DNA of 64,000 bases from Carcharhinus amblyrhynchos (lineage: Eukaryota). Positions 49,302 to 60,330 of the stretch are shown one piece after another. Below the pieces are notes generated by a model. The model had not been told where the DNA came from and made no database searches. It saw only the letters and a list, made by a program, of their open reading frames with translations. The stretch covers positions 14,074,001-14,138,000 of the forward strand of contig OZ336899.1 in NCBI GenBank assembly GCA_965287045.1. Reading direction: 5' to 3'. A program made the position numbers and the translations under genes. Within the stretch, counting starts at the first letter, position 1; each line of letters opens with the position of its first letter.

Positions 49302-50259
49302 CTGGAGCTCTCTGCTCAGTAATTTCACTCTCAGGACACAAACAATCTCCCGTGCCTCTTTCTCCCCTCTTTTGTTTTTAAATAGTGCAAAAAGGCAGCC
49401 ACTGCAGCACAGGAGGATCCAGGAGCCCTGTGGCCCCTCTCTGCATACTCACACGTGCTGGAGATAAACAGTTGCCCCACTTTGAGTGCTCCAGATCTTA
49501 TCCTCACCCTGCAAGCCCTGTCACTTTGGCTAAACGAATAGCAAACCCTTTGACAGTCCACCCCCACTCCCTTTTCTCCTTCCCTCCCTCCGAATTCCAA
49601 TGAGGACTCAAGATTCCCAAGGAACAACAGCCAAGTGCTTGACTGACTGCAGGGGCTGTTGGAACACGCCCCTGCATCACCCTCCCCCTGCAAGCGACCA
49701 TCTGACAGGTGGGGACTTCCATGAGGCCCCTTCAGAAATCCAGCTCTCTCTCTCTCTCTTTCTTTTGTCCTTCTCTCCTGTACCTGCAATGCCGCAGAAT
49801 GATCATCCCTGCATTATGACAAATCAAGGCAGGCATCTGTACTCTTACTACATCACACTTACACACTGACTGAGAGAGACTAAAATAGGCACAAGGGCTT
49901 GATGAAATAGCAGGCTGGGAAAAGGGTGCGTTTCAAAATAAGAGCCGCTCCTCACACTGCACCATTACAGATCTCCCTTTACCAGCAGGGATCCCGCGTT
50001 AGCAACTGATCCCATTGAAGTGCACGGAGCCTGTTCTGCTGAGAGAATTCTGTCCACAATGGGAGCATTCATCACAGAATGTAACATACAAACAAGCAAG
50101 ACTGTGTTCTCACAACAGCAACTTGTGTTCACACGGTGCCTTTAAGGTAATAAGACGTTTCGAGCCCTTTGACAGGAGCGATTATCAAAGTTTGACATCA
50201 AGTCACAAATGGCAATATTTAGGACAGGGGGTTTAAACAGAGTTTCTTTCTCTTGACTC

Positions 50260-50672
50260 TTTCACTGGAAAGATGGAAGCTGAGGGGAGACCTGATCGAG
50301 GTCTACAAAATTATGAGAGGCATAGACAGGGTGGACAGTCAAAGGCTTTTTTCCCAGAGTGGAAGTGTCAGTTACAAGGGGGGCACAGGTTCAAGGTAAG
50401 AAGGGACAAGTTTAAGGAGATGTGCGGCGGGGGGGGGGGTAGTTTTTCACACAGAGTGTGGGGATTACTGGAACACGCTAACAGAGGAGGTGTTGGAGGC
50501 AGGCACATTAGAAACATTTAAGAATCATCTGGATGGGTACATGACTAGGGAAGGAAAATGGCTGAGTAAGGGCAGAAGGGTGTTTTTTTCAGTTTAATTA
50601 GGGCATCATGATCGGCACGGGATTGGAGGACTGAAGGATCTGTTTCTGTGCTGTACTTTTCTTTGTTCTTTT
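50260..50672 (+). mobile_element. CR1 3' fragment
   Basis: gctgaggggagacctgatcgaggtctacaaaattatgagagg; ctgtacttttctttgttct tail. Confidence 0.8.
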
Positions 50673-51345
50673 TAGTTTGAAGATGTAGTTTTAACAAGTC
50701 TCTTAAAGGAGAGACGGACACAAGTTCAGGGAGGGAATTCTGGAATTTGGAAGTTTATATGGCTGAAGGCGCAACTGGCAATGGTAGAGCAAAGACATTG
50801 GAGATCATAGAATGATGCAGTACTGAAGAAGGCCATTTGGCCCATTCAGCACATGCTTCCTCTTTGATAGAGCTATCCAATTAATCTCAGCAAGCTGTAT
50901 TTATTTTCTTTTAAGTACTTATCCAATCCTCCTTTGAAAGTTAATACTGAATCACTTTCACTGCCCTTTTCAGGCAGTGCACTCCAGATTATAAAAACAT
51001 GCTGCGTAAGATAAACATTTCCCCATGCTGCCTCCAGTTCTGTTGCTAAGGACCTTAAATCCATGGCCTTTGGTTCCCATCCCTCCTGCAGCTTGAAACA
51101 GTTTCTCTTTATTCACTCTATTACACTGCTGAATTGAACACCTGAGGAAGCAAGCGGAATTGGAGGAGCACCGAGGGCTCGGATCATTGAAGCAGGTTAT
51201 AAAGTGAAGCAGGGACCAAGACCATGGAGAATTTCAAAAACAGACTTTGTCAGACAGGAGAGCTCAGTTCCGTCTTTATATTCTGAACATGAATGAGAAT
51301 AAAGTCCCTTCACTTCCGACATTCGTGATATTCAATTCTATCAAG

Positions 51346-51612
51346 GCCAGGGACCCGGGTTCAATTCCAGCCTCGGGGTGACTGTTTGTGTGGAGTTTGC
51401 ACATTCTCTCTGTGTATCCGTGGATTTCCTCTGGACGCTTTGGTTTCCTTCCACAGTCCAAAGATGAGTGAGTTAGGTGGATTGGCCATGCTAAATTGCC
51501 CCTTTGTGTCAGGGGACTAGCTATGGTTACGGGGATACAATCTGGGTGGGACTGTTGTTGGTGCAGGCTCAATGGGCCTTCTTCTGCACTGTAGGGATTC
51601 TATGATTCTATG
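51346..51612 (+). mobile_element. HE1-like V-SINE with CR1-like tail
   Basis: B-box, V-domain, (gattctat)2 tail. Confidence 0.8.
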
Positions 51613-51637
51613 CGAAACAATTTAAGACTTTGAAACT

Positions 51638-52002
51638 TATAGGATACTGCGAGGCCTGGATAGAGTGGACATCGAGAGGATGTTTCCACATGTAGGAAAA
51701 ACTAGAACCAGGGGGCACAACCTCAGACTAAAGAGATGATCCTTTAAAACAGAGATGAGGAGGATTTTCTTCAGCCAGAGAATGGTGAATCTGTAGAACT
51801 CTTTGCCACAGAAGGCTGTGGACACCAGGTCACTGAGTGTCTTTAAGATCGAGATTGATAGGTTCTTGATTAATAAGGGGATCAGGAGTTATGGGGAAAA
51901 GGTAGGAGAATGGGGATAAGAAAAATATCAGCCATGATTGAATGGCAGAGCGGACTCAATGGGCCGACTGGCCTAATTCAGCTCTTATGTCTTATGGTCT
52001 TA
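51638..52002 (+). mobile_element. CR1 3' fragment (same subfamily as 80-533)
   Basis: Colinear with 175-533; (tcttatgg)n tail. Confidence 0.88.
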
Positions 52003-52574
52003 TGGAGACACAAGGAGCAGAAGGTTGATACTCAATCCCCAATTTACACGAGTAAGATGGTGCCATCCAAGCAACAATCGAGCTACTTGAATTGATGCCA
52101 GTGGGAGGAGGGCTCAGATTTAAATCATTGTCAAATTTTGTCTGAAAATCATATACTACATTTCAGGTACTATATGAACAGAAGATAGTCATAGAGTCAA
52201 TAAGGCACACAAGAAAGCCATTTGGCTCACATTGTTCATGCTGGCTCTCTGTAGAGCAATTCAATCAGTCCCATTCCCATGCTCCATTGCCCTTTTATCT
52301 CCTGTTTATATATTGATTTATCCACCAGTGAGGCGACAGACTGAAGGACAACCTTTCCAAAACTCCCAGCCACAAGGAATTCAAGTAGGAACAAAGTAGA
52401 CTGAAACTTCATGGGCTTTGACAGCAAGATTGCCAGGGCATGTGAGCCACATAGTGCGATGTGATAACTACAAACAACATTTATATATATTGTCTTTAAT
52501 GCAAGGAAACATCTCACAGTCTTTGCTAAACGAGAAACGTGCTGAGTGGTGAAATGGGTTAAGTGTTGGATTAA

Positions 52575-52890
52575 GGGGAGGTGATGACCTAATGGTATTA
52601 ATGCCAGACTATTAATGCAAAAACTCAGCTAATGTTCTGGAGACCCGGGTTTGAATACTGCCGCAGCAGATAGTGAAATTTGAATTCAATAAAAGATATC
52701 TGGAATTAAGAATCTACTGATGATTGTTGGAAAAGGCCATCTGGTTCATCAGTGTCCTTTAGGGAAGGAAATCTGCCATCCTTACCCGGTCTGGCCTACA
52801 TGTGACTCCAGAGCCACAGCAATGTGGTTGACTCTGTGGTTGGGCAATAAATGTTGGCTGGCACATGTCCCGTGAACGAATACAAAGAAT
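52575..52890 (+). mobile_element. tRNA-derived SINE, third family
   Basis: Colinear with 14361-14720, with deletions. Confidence 0.75.
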
Positions 52891-53629
52891 AAAGAATTAA
52901 GTTGCCAACTCTGGTTGGGCATAATCTTGGAGATTTCAACATATGACCTCCTAACCCCAATCACCTCCACCCAGCAAACAAATTTCTTTATTCTAATGTC
53001 TATTTTATGGCAAATCGGCAAAGGGTTTAAAGTCGGTGAATAAAATTGACTTTTGATTGTTCTCTCCAGTTACTCACAGCAGCCCTGGAAGATTAATCTT
53101 TAAATTCCTAGAGGCTCCTGGACAATCCTGGAGGGTCGGGGAATCTGGTGTTGGAAGAAGTGACCAAAAATGTGGTCAAATAGTACTTTTGGCAAAAGAT
53201 TTGAAAGGAGTCAAGAAATAGGACAAGGCAGAGGAGTTTTGAGTGGAGGCGTGCGGGGTAGAGACAGCTGAAGGCTTCCCAATTAAAGGGCAAACGGTGG
53301 CTGCAAAGGAGGCTGGAGTACGAAGAGTGGAGGAATCCATCATCACCATCAGTGCCATGTAGTATTACATGGGAGCAAGTGACCTACTGTTTCCTTACGC
53401 AATGACTTGTTCTTCAAGTATGAGCAGAACTAGTGGGGAGTGATTGCGTTCTCTCCTCCTCTCATGAGGTGCTGGACATCAGCATGGAAGGCATCACACT
53501 GGAACCTGCTCATGCCTCACCCAAGTGTGCAAAGGCAGACACACTATCACACACACTCAGGCACACACACAAACACATACACACTCACGTGCGTATATAC
53601 ATTCACAAACAGACCACAAGAGATCATGA

Positions 53630-54021
53630 TTGTAGCCCAATCCATCATTCAAACCAGCCTCCCATCCACTGACACTGTCTACACTTCCCACTACCTTGGC
53701 AAAGCAGCCAGTATAATTAAGGACCCCACGCACCCTAGACATTCTCCCTTCCACCTTCTTTCATCGGGAAAAAGATATAAAAGTCCGAGGTCTCTTATCA
53801 ATCAACTCAAGAACAGCTTCTTTTCTGCTGCCATCAGACTTTTGAATGGACCTACCTCGTATTAAGTTTTTTTTCTACATCCTAACTATGAATGTAACAC
53901 TACATTCTGCATTCTCTTCTTTCCTTCTCTATGAACAGTATGCTCTGTCCGTATAGTGCAAAAAACAATACTTTTCACTGTATGCCAATAAATGTGACAA
54001 TAATAAATCAAATCAAATCAA
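53630..54021 (+). mobile_element. Rex1/Babar-type non-LTR retrotransposon 3' end
   Basis: LPS.D.VY....KAASIIKDPTHP.H..F.LL.SGKRY.S......LKNSFF..AIRLLN signature; (aaatc)n tail. Confidence 0.75.
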
Positions 54022-55339
54022 AAGTCATTACACTTCTGCACTCTCTCCTTTTCTTCTCCCCATGTTTTGATTTGATTTTGATTTATTATTGTCACATTGG
54101 TTTGTAATCTATGAATGGTATGCATTGTCTGTGTAGCTGTGTAATCTATGTACAGTATGTTGTCTGCGTAATCTATGAACAGTATGCATTGTCTGTGTAG
54201 CACTCAAGAAACAATACTTTTCACTGTATACTAATACACATGACAATAATAACTCAAATCAAAAACTTGCATATATATAAATACTCATCCACATTTACTC
54301 AAATGAACATACCCACATTCATAAACATTCACATAAAGACACACCGCACAAGCATTCCCATACAAACACTTAAATACCTGTTGTCATACAGCACATCCGC
54401 ACACATTCTGCAGCAGTAGTCAGTGAGTAATAGTCAGAGGCAGGCAAATCCTTGCCCCTCCTATGTTGTCCTCACTCAGTTCAGCTAATTCAAGATCAGC
54501 AATTTGTGTTTATATTGCACTAACATTCCAAAGCATTTCACAGGAGCACTATTGATCAGAATGTGGCACCGACAAAGACACAGAACGACAAGTGAACAAA
54601 AGCTTGGTCAAAGAAGGTAGTTCTATGTCGTGCCTTAAAGGAGGAGGGAGAGACGGAGAGATAGAGAAGATTGTCGGATTGGAGGAAGTGACAGTGATAG
54701 GCAGGGATGAGTCCATGAAGAAATGTGACAACAAGGAGGAATGTTCTTACATCAAGGCATTGCCAGATGAGGGGTCACTGAAGGTCAGCAAGTACAGGAG
54801 TGATGGGTTAATGGAACTTTGGCAGAAGGATGATACAGATAGTGGAGTTTTGAACAAGTCAAAGTCTATGGAAGGTCAGAGTTCAGGAGAATGCTGGAAT
54901 AGTACTTGAATAACTCAGTTTTAGACATTTAAAGCAATATAAGTTCCAAAGCTTTGGCAGTCTGCCCATAACTTAGACCGTGCTTTCATGGTGAAAAATA
55001 TTCTCTGACACTGAACTTAGAATGCCCTGTGAATCTTCAGCCTGGGTGGCAGAAATAGGTAAGATTCTGTCTGTCAGTCTGATGCACAATAACTTTTCAA
55101 TTCACTTTGTTTGAGCGAATCAGATTTTCCCATTACAACTAATGTAAAAGCTGTAGTGAGGTTCCATGAGACCATTTTCATCAGAAAAAAACATTAAAAC
55201 ATCAGACCCTTCCATTGGGATCCTGTACATTCCTAAACGCAATGGGCGTAAATTAAATAACGTTCAAAATAATAGAAAGACGTTATTTCCTGCGTACTGC
55301 CTCTCCTATTGGTTGTTCCTTCTGTACCCCACCAACTAT

Positions 55340-56145
55340 CTGTCCGCCCCCTAACTCTTTGTACTCCGCGACCCTCTGTCCTCCTAACTCTCGGCCCTCT
55401 GCCTGCTCTCTGTGCGCCCTGACTCCATGCACACCCCGGCTCTCTGCCCCCCCAACTCTCTGTCCTCCCTGACTCTCTGTTCCTCGTGACTGTCAGCCCC
55501 CCCACTCTCTGCCCCCCCGACTCTCTCCGCCCTCCCCGACTTTCTGGCACCCCCGACTCTCTGCCCCCCCCCCCACTCTCTGCCCCCCCGACTCTGTCCC
55601 CACTGACTCTCTGTTCCCCCGACTCTCCGTACCCCCCGACTCTCTGCCCCCCCGACTCTCCGCCCCCACTGACTCTGTCCCCCCAGCTCTCTGCCCTCCC
55701 GAATGTCTGCCCTCCTGATTGCCTGTCCCCCACCTCCGATTCTCTGCCACCCCCAACTCTCTGCCCCCTGCCGGCTCTCTGTGACCCCCCGACTCTCCGT
55801 CCCCCTGACTCTCTGTTCCCCCGACTCTCCGTCCCCTCCCTGGACTCTCCGTTTCCCCCCCCCCACCTCCGACTCTCCGTCCTTCCCGAGTCTCCGTATC
55901 CCCCAACTCTCTTCCCCCCTCCGACTCTCTGCCCCCCGCTCGATTCTCTGCCCCCCCCGACTCTCTGTGCCACCTGATTCTCTTCACCCCCCGACTCTGC
56001 GCGCCCCCGGCTCTCTGCAACCCCCTGGTTCTCCACGCCCCCGACTCTCTGCCCCAACTTTCTGTCCCCCTGATTCCTTGCTCCTCGAACTCAATTCTTA
56101 CTGACTCTCTGCAACTCCCCCCGACTCTGTCCCTCGGACTCTGTG
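55340..56145. repeat. C-rich, CpG-containing degenerate minisatellite (~15-17 bp, ccccccgactctctg)
   Basis: Recurring ccgactctc motif; source of the Gly/Arg- and Pro-rich ORFs. Confidence 0.85.
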
Positions 56146-56917
56146 CCATTTGAAGGAGTTGGAAGTTTGCCGTTGCAGGAGAGTCAGTGAGGAGAAATTG
56201 CACCTAAATGGTGTCAAGCAGGTTCCATGATGACACACGGCTCTGATGTGAAATAAAGCCAGAGTGGAAATTGCAGTGCACAGACCAGCCCCGTTATATC
56301 TGTGATGCTAAAGCAGAAGGACACTGAGTGAGGGATCTTAAATTGAGTAATTATTGTATTATCCTCTCTTCCCTTTGAAATCAAAATTGTGTAAAAGAAA
56401 GCTCAAAAAGACACCCTCACAATTAATTAAAACTATCCATTCAGATAAAATTCAATGTCCCATTAGTAAACCACCCTGCTGCTCTGAACAGAGGCTCCCT
56501 GATAAGCCAATAATCGCCAACAATTAGCTGTCTGTTCACTTCCATTCTTTGATACGTGTTTGATACAAGCAAACCCGTGAAGCAGTCAAGTTCGACAAAG
56601 GATAAATGACTGTAAAAAAAAGATTGCTGCGTTTAAAACTTCTTCCGCCACCGCCCCCCCCGTCCCCCCTTTGTTCTGGATTTTCCCACGAGAGGAAATA
56701 GTTTCTCAATGTTTACCTTATCAACTCCTTTGATTATTTCAAACAACTCGATTCAATTCCTCCTCAATCTTCTAAACTCAAAGGAACACGAGACAGCGTA
56801 TGCAATTGCTGTTCTGAGAATTGATGTGTTTAAGAGCTGGCATCACACTAATGAATCTCTGCTGATATCTCCTTTCCAAGTTCCTCTGTACCAGTGAAGC
56901 AGAACTTCAAACCCTGT

Positions 56918-57205
56918 ACAGAATCCCAACAGTACAGCAGGAGGCCATTCGGCACATCGAGCCTGCACCGACAACAATCACACCCTATCCCTGTAAGCCC
57001 ACCCATTTATCTCCAAAACCAGGGGCAATTTAGCACGGCCAATCAACCTAACCCGCGCATCTTTGGAATGTGGGAGGAAACCAGAGCATCTGGAGGATAC
57101 CCATGCAAACATGGGGAGAATGTACAAACTCCACATAGTCACCCGAGGCCAGAATTGATCCCGGATCCCTGGCACTGTGAGGCAGCAGTGCTAACCACTG
57201 TGCCA
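56918..57205 (-). mobile_element. HE1-like V-SINE with CR1-like tail
   Basis: Head, V-domain and tail. Confidence 0.8.
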
Positions 57206-57766
57206 TTGTCCCTAAATCACTGTAAATCTGTGCTCTCTTCTTGATCCTTCTAAGAGGGGGGACAGTTTCTCCCCATCTACTCTGTCCAGCCACATTCACC
57301 CTCTTGAGATTAAGGTCAACCTTCAAATGGTTTCTTTGACTACTTTTTGTGCCAGGTTGAACTGTAGGAGACAGGTTCAATCAAGGCATTTAAGAGGACA
57401 TTAAATGATTCCTTCTATTCAAGTAATGTGAAGGAATACGGAGAAAAAGTAGGAGAATGGCACTAAGTCATGAGGCTCCTTGGACAGCCGGTGCAGACAT
57501 GATGGGCCAAATGGCCTCTTTCTGCACTGTAACAATTCTGTGATGCTTGGGGGAGGAATCTGAACTGTGATTCCTGTTTCTGGTTGCTATCCAGCTACTC
57601 CTATTAGATTGTAAGATGGATAAAGGGTAGGCAAGGACTGGGTTTGGTTGTGCTACCTGCCAGGATCAAATTGCCTGGCAACACAATGCCTTGGTTCACT
57701 GCTGAAAAATGGCTATGTGAGGTGAGATAGTGGTGGGCTGCTGGCATCAATGGAGCACACCTCAGT

Positions 57767-58810
57767 AAGAGTCAGCACTTTCAGGAGAGGGGCTGAACCC
57801 CAGTGAGAATCAGCACCTTAAGGAGAGGGACTGAACCCCAGTGAGAGTCAGCACCTTCAGGACAGGGGCTGAACCCCAGTGAGAGTCAGCACCTTCAGGA
57901 GAGGAGCTGAACCCCAGTGAGAGTCAGCACCTTCAGGAGAGGGACTGAACCCCAGTGAGAGTCAGCACCTTCAGGAGAGGAGCTGAACCCCAGTGAGAGT
58001 CAGCACCTTCAGGAGAGGAGCTGAACCCCAGTGAGAGTCAGCACCTTCAGGAGAGGGACTGAGCCCCAGTGAGAGTCAGCACCTTCAGGAGAGGAGCTGA
58101 GCCCCAGTGAGAGTCAGCACCTTCAGGAGAGGAGCTGAACCCCAGTGAGAGTCAGCACCTTCAGGAGAGGAGCTGAACCCCAGTGAGAGTCAGCACCTTC
58201 AGGAGAGGGACTGAACCCCAGTGAGAGTCAGCACCTTCAGGAGAGGAGCTGAGCCCCAGTGAGAGTCAGCACCTTCAGGAGAGGAGCTGAACCCCAGTGA
58301 GAGTCAGCACCTTCAGGAGAGGAGCTGAACCCCAGTGAGAGTCAGCACCTTCAGGAGAGGGACTGAACCCCAGTGACAGTAGCACCTTCAGGAGAGGAGC
58401 TGAACCCCAGTGAGAGTCAGCACCTTCAGGAGAGGGACTGAACCCCAGTGAGAGTCAGCACCTTCAGGAGAGGGACTGAGCCCCAGTGAGAATCAGCACC
58501 TTCAGGAGAGGAGCTGAACCCCAGTGAGAGTCAGCACCTTCAGGAGAGGAGCTGAACCCCAGTGAGAGTCAGCACCTTCAGGAGAGGGACTGAGCCCCAG
58601 TGAGAGTCAGCACCTTCAGGAGAGGGACTGAACCCCAGTGAGGGTCAGCACCTTCAGGAGAGGGACTGAGCCCCAGTGAGAGTCAGCACCTTCAGGAGAG
58701 GGACTGAACCCCAGTGAGAGTCGGCACCTTCAGGAGAGGGACTGAACCCCAGTGAGAGTCAGCACCTTCAGGAGAGGGACTGAACCCCAGTGAGAGTCAG
58801 CACCTTCAGG
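57767..58810. repeat. 38-bp minisatellite, ~27 highly homogeneous copies (gtgagagtcagcaccttcaggagaggagctgaacccca)
   Basis: 38-bp period; variation mostly limited to ag/ga and a/g sites. Confidence 0.97.
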
Positions 58811-59319
58811 CAAGAATTTAATAGAAAATAAAGGGAGGGAAACTACTTAAAATAGAATACCACCGTTTAGAAAAGATAGCGAAAATAAACAAAGAGAGGT
58901 AGGTTGCTTTTCTGCTGTGATGCAAAAATTGACGGTGGATCAAAGCAGAAAAGTGTCCGACTACCCAAGAGTCCGGATGCTTCTATTTTGAAGTGGAAAC
59001 TGAGGCAGTGAAGCTCATCGCAAAAGCAGGAGTTGAGCAGAGCCCAGGCACAAAGAAGCTGGCCTCGGAGCTGCACTCTCCTTTGTTCTGAGTGGCACTT
59101 GATGCTGCAGTGAGATTTAAGAGGAAGGGGCAGGGAGCGGTTGGCAACACAGGGGTCGGTACGATATATCCACATGGCTGGATCGGAGGCACTGGGTCAT
59201 CTATTCTGTTCAATAGACACTTGTGTTGATTGTATTCCCATTTATTGGAATTCTCGCAGACTCCTGGTCCGGACCATTGTTTTTTTCAGTCAAACAGTGG
59301 AGTGGAAAGACTCTCAGTG

Positions 59320-60330
59320 GCAAGAAGAGGCGAAGAGAGAGGAGGCAGAAAGAGAGAGAGAGTGGAAGAAGGAGAAAGAGGCAGAGAGAAAGATGCAAAG
59401 GAGAGGAGGCAAGAGGGAAGAGGCAGGAGCCCGTGGGGTGGTGGAGCGCAAAGAAAATTAAGCAGAGTGATGTGGCAGGGAGAGGGAGCAGAGAGAGAGA
59501 GAGCGAGAGCACAGAGAGAGAGCAGCGAAATAGCAGAGACAGAGGACACAAAGGAGGAGCAGAAAGAGGGGGAAGAGAGAAGGGGCAGAGGGAGGTGCAG
59601 AGGGGGCAGTAACAGAAACAGAGAGAGGGGAAAAAAGAGTGGCAGAGAGAGGGCATAGAGAGGGGGAACGCTGATAGAGAAGAGGCAGAGACGAGACAGA
59701 GAGATGGGAACAGGAACAGATAACCCCAGCTTTGGTGTTTCTTCACTCTGTCTCTTTGTTCTTCCTCCATTTTTGTGTACATCTCCTCAATTGTTTCAGC
59801 TCTCTTACTCAACCTTTCTTTTCCTGTTTTCCTGTGTTCTTTTAACGGATTCTTCTGCCTCCTCTCTCTTTTCCCTTCTCTTTCTATCCCCTCTCTCTGC
59901 CACCTCTTCTTGAGCTATTTCTCTGCCCTCCCCTTTGTGCCCCCTCTCCCTGCCCCTCCCTCTGCTCTATTTCTGCCTCCCTCTCCACCGCCCTCTCTTT
60001 CTGCCCTCCTCTCCATGCTCCCTCCTTCTGTCTCCTCCCTGTGTCCTTCTCACTGCCACTTCTCTCACTGCCCCTTCTCTCCCTACTCCCTCTCCTTACT
60101 CCTCTCGCTATGCCCACTCTCTGCCCCCTCTTTGCCCCCACCCCCTCCCTTTGCCTGCTCTGCCTCCCAACTTCCTGCTCTCTCTCTCTGCCCCATTCCC
60201 TCTCTCTGCCCCCCTGCCCCAACTCTCTGTTCCCCTCTCTACCCTATCTTCCTCCGCACACTTCCTGCCCCTTCTCTGCCCCATCTCCTTCCCCAATCTC
60301 CATGCCCACCCACTCTCTCTGCCCTCCTCT
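59320..60330. repeat. Purine-rich tract switching to a pyrimidine-rich tract (switch near 59725)
   Basis: GA-rich at 59320-59720, CT-rich at 59740-60330. Confidence 0.85.

Noticed and set aside
55233-56203. Gly/Arg-rich and Pro-rich ORFs
   Set aside because: Translations of a degenerate minisatellite
57767-58810. CRISPR-like appearance of the 38-bp array (also the 69-bp array)
   Set aside because: Units are directly contiguous with no unique spacers, there are no cas genes, and the context is a eukaryotic intron
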